From contig NC_008312.1 of assembly GCF_000014265.1 (NCBI RefSeq), positions 6,930,001-6,962,000 on the forward strand: a stretch of DNA of 32,000 nt, read 5' to 3'. The DNA comes from Trichodesmium erythraeum IMS101 (GTDB lineage Bacteria; Cyanobacteriota; Cyanobacteriia; Cyanobacteriales; Microcoleaceae). This document shows positions 24,895 through 32,000 of the stretch, piece by piece (the stretch's first letter is position 1; each line of letters begins with the position of its first letter). The notes beneath the pieces are model-generated. The model was not told the DNA's origin. It made no database searches and worked only from the letters and a program-made list of their open reading frames with translations. The translations under genes were made by a program, and so were the position numbers.

Positions 24895-25095
24895 CCTGAT
24901 TTTTTTGGTCAAATTTTAATAGTTTAACTCTCAAGTTCTCTCCAAGACCTTACTTGAACAACCACAGCAGTTAATACTAGTTCTTCTACTCCGGCTACTG
25001 GCCAAATATTTGTCTGGAGTTATACTGATAAATATTCAAGGCTTATATCGTCTCAAAACAAATTATCCTTGAGTTTTCAGCGTCAGAGCAAACCC
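24895..25095 (-). repeat. Decayed duplicate of the 3' end and downstream flank of the radical SAM gene (partner at 26234-26434)
   Basis: Constant offset of 1339 nt. A 26-nt block (24902-24927 vs 26241-26266) differs at 1 position. A 54-nt block (24962-25015 vs 26301-26354) is identical. The surrounding sequence is ~70% identical. Confidence 0.85.
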
Positions 25096-25394
25096 ATCTT
25101 ATTTGCTAATTCCTATATATAGTGTTTTTAAGATTCAAGAAACACCATAAGTAGAAAGTTAATTGTGAACAAGTACAATAAACCATGAGTTATGAGAATT
25201 ACCCATGGTTTATTGACAATATTTATTTACTCTAGTTTCAGCATTATTAAAAGTAACAAAAACAATTCAGTTGATGGAACTTACTGAAAATATAGTCTTA
25301 TTTTATTTTATCAGAATATTATGAATATTACTGATTGAAATATGAGTTTTCTGTCAGTCCAAGTCTAATGTGTCGCCAAGGTCCCAAAAAGCTG

Positions 25395-26147
25395 TTATCT
25401 TTTTTTGAGAAAAATAGGACTTAATCCAATTACAGAAATCAGTGCTAATATATTAGAAGATTCAGGAATAGAATTTTGTTCTGTATTCTCAGCGGCAATG
25501 CCAGCAGTAATTCCAGAAACAAAAATTCTTTGATAGCCAGTACTTCCCCAGTCTTTAAATACAATTGTAGAAAGCTCTTCATCGTTAAAAGTTACTGGTA
25601 AATTAATTAATTGTTTATCAAGGCGATCTTCAGTCCCAATTAACCCGTAGGGATCACTAAATACTTTAACTGTTGTCGTGTTATTAACATTATTTGTCCA
25701 ATAGTATTGATTATAATCTCGAATATCAGAGTTGCCATATAAGGTTTTTTTATAATAAGCATCATCTGAACCATGAAATTCAATAGAAGCTAAACCTGCT
25801 GTTTTCCCCCAATAAGTATTAATTAAAGTATGAACTTCTGTGACTCCGAATAGCCCCACATCAACTGTTAACATCCTCAGATTAGGGCCACCAGCATGAT
25901 GGCTGTGCCAAATATTATTAGTGGTATTAGGAATATTAAATGGAACATTACCTAACACTAAATTACCACTAGGAAAATCAGAATTAATATTCTGTAGACT
26001 GCTATTAAACCCATCAGAAAAATCAATTGTTTAATATAATTGTACTGCGGTTGCTTTCAAAGATGATGCCAAAGTATTGCCAAGTACTAAACAACAACTA
26101 ATAAAAAAAGTTGTAAAATTTATTTTTGTTTTTAAAGTACTCATCAT
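25395..26147 (-). pseudogene. PEP-CTERM-sorted secreted protein gene interrupted by one in-frame TAA
   Basis: The ATG at 26147 (GGGAG 4 nt upstream) opens the signal peptide MMSTLKTKINFTTFFISCCLVLGNTLASSLKATAVQLY. A TAA follows at 26031-26033. The same frame then continues into the 25395-25958 ORF, which ends IPESSNILALISVIGLSPIFLKKR (PE-S, TM helix, basic tail). Confidence 0.7.
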
Positions 26148-26262
26148 TACTCCCTAAAGATAAAATATTTTTAATTTTAACTTAAAAACTACAACCCAAA
26201 TATTTCGCACAAATACTGAGAGTTATCTCCTGATGGGAATTTTTTGGTCAAGTTTTAATAGT

Positions 26263-27633
26263 TTAATTAGCAATTTCTTTCTGGAACCCTGCGCGATCGC
26301 CCACAGCAGTTAATACTAGTTCTTCTACTCCGGCTACTGGCCAAATATTTGTCTCAAGTTGTACTGATAAGTCTTCAAGGGTCATATCATCTAAAAAAAG
26401 ATTATCTCCCTGTTTCAGCATTACTGAAGGTAACAAAATTCCTTCTCCTAAGTCTCGCCCCTGCAAACCTTCTAACAAATCTTGACCTGTTAATAGCCCA
26501 GTTACAGTAATATCTTGTCCCCAATAACTGCTAGATAATGGTATCATATTTACTTCTAAACCTTCAATTTGATTTAATTGATTAGCGATCGCTACAAATG
26601 CTTTCTCTACTGCATTCCCTACCACCCAAGTTAATTTTCTTTGGGTGCTTAAGCAAATGTTTAATTCTAAAAACTCTTTGACATAAGCCTCAAATTGTGA
26701 TATAAAATGACGAATTGAACCAACACCATTGCCAATTTGAGGATAATCTTCATATTCTGAAGCAGGGGGCAACTCTCGACGGCCAATTAAAAACCATTCG
26801 TCAGCTAACCAGATACAATTAGTTCCAGATGTGTATCTAACCTTAGCCTGAATTTCCTGTACTTGGTCAATAACCTCCTCTGCCTTTGCAGTAGTGACAG
26901 GTATTAACTCATCTTCCACAGGGCGAAAGCGAGTCAACCCCACCGGAACAACCGCAACAGATGCAACTGCCGGAATTTCTCCAGAATGAAACTTTGCCAA
27001 ATCTAATAATGTACGTTCCAGAGAAATACCATCATTAATTCCTGGGCAAACTACAACTTGAGCATGTATTTGTAGTCGTCGTTCTTGAAACCACCGAATT
27101 TGTTCGAGTATTTTACCAGCCCGGGAATTTTTTAAAAGACGCGATCGCAACTCTGGTTCTGTAGCATGAACAGAAACATACAAAGGAGAAAGCCGCATTT
27201 GTTCAATTCTTTTCCATTCCCTTTGTGTGATATTAGTCAGAGTTAAGTAGGAACCATAGAGGAAACTGAGACGATAGTCATCATCTTTGAAATATAGAGT
27301 ATCTCGTTTACCTGGTGGTTGTTGGTCAATGAAGCAAAACGGACAACGGTTGTTACATTGAATGAGACCATCAAATAGAGCAGTAGAAAACTCTAACCCC
27401 AAGTCTTGGTCGTAGTCTTTTTCTATTTCAATGTAGTGAGTTTTACCTTTAGCGTCGATGACTTCTATTTCTAAATATTCATCAGCACAAATGTATTGAT
27501 AGTCAATGAGGTCTCGTGGTTGTTGTCCGTTAATAGCAGCGATCGCATCACCAGACTCAAAACCAATTTCAGCAGCAATAGACTCAGGTATTACCTTAGT
27601 TATTAGAGCAGGTTTGATAGAAGTTTGACTCAT
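26263..27633 (-). CDS. PDZ-domain radical SAM protein, DUF512 family (cyanobacterial Fe-S oxidoreductase-like)
   Basis: 456 aa: an N-terminal PDZ-like segment, then CNNRCPFCF (CxxxCxxC radical SAM motif), then a long DUF512-like C-terminal part. Confidence 0.85.
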   Translation of the reverse strand: MSQTSIKPALITKVIPESIAAEIGFESGDAIAAINGQQPRDLIDYQYICADEYLEIEVIDAKGKTHYIEIEKDYDQDLGLEFSTALFDGLIQCNNRCPFCFIDQQPPGKRDTLYFKDDDYRLSFLYGSYLTLTNITQREWKRIEQMRLSPLYVSVHATEPELRSRLLKNSRAGKILEQIRWFQERRLQIHAQVVVCPGINDGISLERTLLDLAKFHSGEIPAVASVAVVPVGLTRFRPVEDELIPVTTAKAEEVIDQVQEIQAKVRYTSGTNCIWLADEWFLIGRRELPPASEYEDYPQIGNGVGSIRHFISQFEAYVKEFLELNICLSTQRKLTWVVGNAVEKAFVAIANQLNQIEGLEVNMIPLSSSYWGQDITVTGLLTGQDLLEGLQGRDLGEGILLPSVMLKQGDNLFLDDMTLEDLSVQLETNIWPVAGVEELVLTAVGDRAGFQKEIAN

Positions 27634-27817
27634 GTAATATATTTAATAGTAGATAAATTTTAAACTTTTTATTATATCATTTATCAAGTATACCTTAACC
27701 TAATTAAGTAAAGGAATAGCTATTCTAAATAGGTTGTATAACCTTATCCTAAAAGTTAGTTATATTAAGATTAGAACGAGCCATGACACCAGTGAATTAA
27801 CTTTTGATTCTATTTAG

Positions 27818-28232
27818 TATTGGTGGGAAAACTATGGGTTAATTAATTATAGAAGAGCGAAATGCATATTAATTCTGTGTGATGGTGGTGGTAGTAATAG
27901 TTCCCGTGAATAGTATTTCAAGCAAGACTTACCAAATTTGGTTAATGAACTAGAAATTGAGATTCCCATCGCTCATGATCCCACTTATCCTTCCAAATAT
28001 AATTCCATTGAAAACCCTTTATTTTCAGATGTCAGCCCTCTGCGCCAAGGTGTAAAATTTTAATCCTTAGAGAAAAAAAATAATACTGGTCTAAAAGTAT
28101 TTACCATTTTCTTAGATCGAGCTTATCAAATAAGAAGCAAAGTGAAAGAGGAGTTCAAACAAACTATGAAAATTATTTTTAATAGTTATTTACCCTAATG
28201 GAATTATACTGCTCAACCACAAGCGTTATCAA
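27818..28232 (+). mobile_element. Remnant of an ISAzo13-family (DDE) transposase gene, C-terminal third only, with several stops
   Basis: One frame reads YWWENYGLINYRRAKCILILCDGGGSNSSRE*YFKQDLPNLVNELEIEIPIAHDPTYPSKYNSIENPLFSDVSPLRQGVKF*..TGLKVFTIFLDRAYQIRSKVKEEFKQTMKIIFNSYLP*WNYTAQP. This follows the conserved tail of that family (ADGGGSN ... HFPPGTSKWNKIEHRLF ... GEWNYTI) as I recall it. Confidence 0.65.
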
Positions 28233-28497
28233 TTATCAATATTATTTAACCCTTGTTCCATAGCATTTTTTCTAGTAAGCATCCCTAGGCTATCCCCACC
28301 TTAAAAATTTTCAAAATTATTTTTTTTCAAAATTATTTAGTAATGTAGCCCCAGTTAAAAATACAAAAATACAGGACTTGAATAGTTAAATTCTCCGCCC
28401 TGTATACGTTAAAATGGACTAAGCATTCAGCCAGTTCTCAAACAGCTTTTCCTACAAAAATGGGTGATAGCCGACACTAACCGCTGAGTGCTTTTAC

Positions 28498-30591
28498 CTA
28501 TTTAGATTTAGCTTCCTGACGCTCTTTAGCTTCCTTAATTACCACTTCCGCCACATTAGCAGGACAAGGCGCATAATGGGAAAACTCCATAGAGAACTGA
28601 CCCCTACCAGAAGTCATAGTCCGCAAGTCGCCAATATAACCAAACATCTCACTCAATGGCACATCTGCTTTGATGCGACTACCAGTTGCAGCCGAGTCTT
28701 GAGATTTGATCATTCCCCGACGGCGGTTAAGATCCCCGATCACATCACCAACATGATCATCAGGAGTAAACACATCAACCTTCATTATTGGTTCAAGTAG
28801 TTGAGGAGCAGCTTTAGAAAAAGACTGACGATAAGCAGCCTTCGCAGCAATTTCAAAAGCGATCGCCGAGGAGTCAACCGGGTGAAAAGCACCATCCATT
28901 AACGTGAACTTCATATCCACACAAGGATAACCAGCTAACATACCCTTTTCAAAGCTAGTCTCAAAACCTTTTTGCACTGCAGGCCAAAATTCTCTGGGTA
29001 CATTTCCACCAGTCACCTTTGACTGGAAATCAAAACCAGTACCAACTTCACCAGGTTCTATCATATAGTCAATCTTAGCAAATTGACCAGAACCACCAGA
29101 CTGCTTCTTATGAGTGTAGCTATCTTCAAGGCGCTTAGTAATAGACTCCCGATAAGCCACCTGTGGCTTACCAACTTCTACATCTACCCCATAAGTCCGC
29201 TTCAGAATATCAACCTTAATATCCAAATGTAATTCACCCATACCTTTAATAATGGTTTCATTACTTTCAGCATCCGTCTCAACTCTAAAAGATGGGTCCT
29301 CCTGAACCATTTTACTCAATGCCATACCCAGTTTTTCCACAGAACCTTTATCTTTTGCCGCCACAGCAATAGAAATTACTGGATCAGGGAACACCATCGG
29401 TTCCAAAGTAGCAGGTTCTTTAGGGTCGCAAAGAGTATGGCCAGTTTGCACATTCTTCATCCCCACAATAGCAACAATGTCCCCCGCTTGAGCCGATTCA
29501 ATTTCTTCACGGGAGTCAGCGTGCATTTCCACCAAACGTCCAATTCTCTCAGTCTTGCCGGTAAAAGTATTTAATACTGTGTCACCTTTAGACAAAGTAC
29601 CAGAGTATATACGAGTAAAGGTCAAAGCACCGTATTTATCGTCCATAATCTTGAAAGCTAAAGCACGCAAAGGTTTCTCTGGGTCAACGTAGGCAAATTT
29701 ACCAGTCTCGTTACCTTCAAGATCAATCTCTGGTTGTGGTTTAATTTCAGTGGGGTTAGGCAAGAAATCTACAACTGCATCAAGTACCAACTGCACGCCC
29801 TTATTTTTGAAAGATGAGCCACAATAGGTGGGGAAGAAAACCAGATCCTTAGTTCCCTTACGGATACAACGTTTGAGGGTATCAAGATCTGGTTCTTCTC
29901 CTTCAAGATATTTTTCCATTACCTCGTCATCTTGCTCAATAGCAGTTTCAACCAACATTTCCCGATATTTTTCTACATCATCAGTCATGTTCTCTGGAAC
30001 ATCTTTAATCTCGTATTTGGTTGGGTCTCCAGAGTCATCCCAAACCCATGCCTTGCGGGTAAGTAGATCCACAACTCCCACAAAATCATTTTCAATACCA
30101 ATGGGTAATACCATTACTAATGGCTCGGCCGCGAGTACATCTTTCACCTGCTTTACAACTTTGTAGAAATCAGCTCCTGTGCGGTCCAGCTTATTTACAT
30201 AAATAATCCGAGCAACTTTAGAATCATTAGCATAACGCCAGTTAGTTTCAGATTGGGGTTCTACACCACCAGAGCCACAGAATACACCTACACCACCATC
30301 GAGAACCTTGAGAGAACGATATACCTCGATAGTAAAGTCAACGTGGCCAGGGGTATCAATAATATTTAATTGATGGTCTTTCCAGAAACAGCTTGTAGCA
30401 GCGGACTGAATTGTAATGCCCCGCTCTTGCTCCTGTTCCATAAAGTCTGTTGTTGCGGCACCTTCATGGACCTCACCGATTTTATGGATTTTTCCGGTTA
30501 GTTTCAGAATTCTTTCTGTTGTAGTGGTTTTGCCCGCGTCAACGTGGGCAAAGATGCCAAAATTGCGATAATTAGTGAGGTCTTTTGCCAT
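28498..30591 (-). CDS. Elongation factor G paralogue (EF-G2-like), stand-alone and not in an str operon
   Basis: 697 aa. G-domain motifs [17 protein letters not shown] and NKLD, with domains II-V collinear with EF-G. No flanking rpsL/rpsG/tuf. Confidence 0.92.
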   Translation of the reverse strand: MAKDLTNYRNFGIFAHVDAGKTTTTERILKLTGKIHKIGEVHEGAATTDFMEQEQERGITIQSAATSCFWKDHQLNIIDTPGHVDFTIEVYRSLKVLDGGVGVFCGSGGVEPQSETNWRYANDSKVARIIYVNKLDRTGADFYKVVKQVKDVLAAEPLVMVLPIGIENDFVGVVDLLTRKAWVWDDSGDPTKYEIKDVPENMTDDVEKYREMLVETAIEQDDEVMEKYLEGEEPDLDTLKRCIRKGTKDLVFFPTYCGSSFKNKGVQLVLDAVVDFLPNPTEIKPQPEIDLEGNETGKFAYVDPEKPLRALAFKIMDDKYGALTFTRIYSGTLSKGDTVLNTFTGKTERIGRLVEMHADSREEIESAQAGDIVAIVGMKNVQTGHTLCDPKEPATLEPMVFPDPVISIAVAAKDKGSVEKLGMALSKMVQEDPSFRVETDAESNETIIKGMGELHLDIKVDILKRTYGVDVEVGKPQVAYRESITKRLEDSYTHKKQSGGSGQFAKIDYMIEPGEVGTGFDFQSKVTGGNVPREFWPAVQKGFETSFEKGMLAGYPCVDMKFTLMDGAFHPVDSSAIAFEIAAKAAYRQSFSKAAPQLLEPIMKVDVFTPDDHVGDVIGDLNRRRGMIKSQDSAATGSRIKADVPLSEMFGYIGDLRTMTSGRGQFSMEFSHYAPCPANVAEVVIKEAKERQEAKSK

Positions 30592-30707
30592 ATTTAACTC
30601 TCTTGTTGGATATTACAAACTGTACTCTCTTAGTATTATACATAGAGTATTTATTTGACCAAAAAATAAGGTCTTACCCCTTGGATAAGGGATCAAAAAA
30701 TATTCGA

Positions 30708-30762
30708 TTCAGTATTTCAAGCCTCTAGTTTCAGGGGGAGGTACTGATAACTAATAACTGAA
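30708..30762 (+). repeat. MITE-like small repeat, short copy
   Basis: ttcagtatttcaagcctctagtttcagggggaggtactgataactaataactgaa. It matches the reverse complement of 24768-24855 minus the 33-nt insert. Confidence 0.6.
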
Positions 30763-30986
30763 ATGGCCTTGGTAGCTAGGACAGAAATCACTAAATAGGT
30801 TTCGGCTAGCAGGTTGGCCCCTAACTGAGGCTGAATTTCCAATATTTGGTTTCAAATCCTGCTTTTATTTCCTTAGCTATATTGCTGATTTTAAAGTATC
30901 TTGACTAAAAATCAGCGTTGGGTGGGCAAAGATTTGTCTATTATAGCTAGAATTATTGGCCACTAAAACTTTTGTAGGTAGGTATT

Positions 30987-31178
30987 ATGGGAGAAGGTAG
31001 TAGTCGCCATGGTGTCCAGAAAGTTAAGGTAAAGTTATCCTCTGTTTTGCCCATTGAACAGCTTTTGAAAATCTATAAAAATAACTATCCGGAACGTTGG
31101 CCAAAATTTTGGGACAGCTTGAGTTATTCTATTAGTAAAGACTCGAATAAACCCCATTATGTTAAGCTTAAATATTAA
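30987..31178 (+). CDS. Hypothetical 63-aa protein (ORF only)
   Basis: Open frame with an ATG start. No recognisable motif, no clear RBS, and it sits in a long non-coding stretch. Confidence 0.2.
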   Translation: MGEGSSRHGVQKVKVKLSSVLPIEQLLKIYKNNYPERWPKFWDSLSYSISKDSNKPHYVKLKY

Positions 31179-32000
31179 CTTTAATTATATAAAGAAATCC
31201 ACAATAGAGAAAGCGTCCTAAGCTTTTGTTCGGTATATATTACCAACTTCTATAGCAAACCCTAAGGCAATTTTAATTTCTTATCTCTTTAGTCATGGGT
31301 TCCTAAACCAGCCATTGTTCTGGAGTGTCTCCTGCTCTGGTGACTTTTGAGGATCAATTACACGGTAGTGCGAATAATATGCGATCGCTAGTTTGCCCAT
31401 CATAACTATAGGGTATCAAACTAGAAACTGTTGATATTGATCCATTCTACCTTCTCTACAGAGCAAAAAGTTGAATTTAATTCTTGTAGCATCAGCGATC
31501 GCGGTCAGCCGTTTGCTAGAAAACAAGAACGAGCGCCCAAGCACATCATAAAAAAATGATTTTCATAAATCAAGCAATGAAGGCAAAAGGGAAGAAGTGG
31601 ACTTGATTTATTCTTGCTTCTATATTTTTTGGTGGCAATAGATCACTACCATTGCTTCACACTTCCAGTATTTCCTCAATAGAAATTACCCAAGCACTGT
31701 TATATAAATTAGTAATCAATAAACTCAACATAGTACCAAATAAAATTTATCTAGTGACTTCTAAATTATAACTTAGTCTTTTTGGAGATTCTCAAACCTT
31801 CAAATTTAGTCAAAGCAAAAATTTAAATTCCAAGTCTCAAGTGCCAAATTCTGAGTTCTAAATTCTAAATCCGTGCCTTCTTGCCTTCATACCTTCTGCT
31901 TAGAAATTATCGATCCTCAGAATTATTAATAGGTTTGATAAGCTACCAAAAGTAACAGATGATGGCTGAATGCTTACGTTCAAACCATTATTATATTTAT

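Noticed and set aside
28421-28492. Long imperfect hairpin after the EF-G stop (AAGCATTCAGC ... GCTGAGTGCTT) and a shared 13-mer GGCTGAATGCTTA at 31963-31975
   Set aside because: The ~45-nt loop and missing U-tract make a terminator call unsafe. A single shared 13-mer is too short to define a repeat family without a genome-wide search.

Overview
Cyanobacterial chromosomal window. Support: about 16 HIP1 palindromes (GCGATCGC), ndhL, desB and the cyanobacteria-specific PDZ/radical-SAM DUF512 gene. It is AT-rich with unusually long spacers of 0.6-0.9 kb. That would fit a Trichodesmium-like filamentous genome, but I cannot verify this. Ordinary genes: a 5'-truncated NarL/LuxR-type response regulator, desB, trpA, a DUF3007-ndhL pair, an intron-less tRNA-Leu(UAA), an Fe-S type U32 protein plus a divergent Cys-less U32 paralogue, a Uma2 (DUF820) nuclease, a YbgC-type thioesterase, a tandem-USP protein, a small 2Fe-2S ferredoxin, the DUF512 radical SAM gene and a stand-alone EF-G paralogue. 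The standout is a ~7.9 kb head-to-tail duplication (~6540-14400) of a 3.9 kb unit. Each unit encodes a ~1220 aa protein: an uncharacterised acidic N-terminal module with no signal peptide, a 7-blade FG-GAP/VCBS propeller, 5 Calx-beta domains and a PPC (pre-peptidase C-terminal) domain. The block is GC-richer and HIP1-free. It sits on the opposite strand between the two U32 paralogues. Its identity pattern is mosaic, suggesting gene conversion. The seven 147-nt propeller repeats are almost identical even at synonymous sites, except for two short hypervariable codon patches per blade. Other accessory features: a TolC-family outer-membrane protein with a ~540 aa repeat-bearing N-terminal extension; a PEP-CTERM protein gene broken by one in-frame TAA and flanked by ~200 bp direct repeats copied from the 3' end of the neighbouring radical SAM gene; a small MITE-like repeat in two copies; an internally deleted Uma2 copy; and an ISAzo13-like transposase remnant. 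I found no CRISPR array, reverse transcriptase or recognisable defence operon. All homology calls come from reading the translations, not from database searches.
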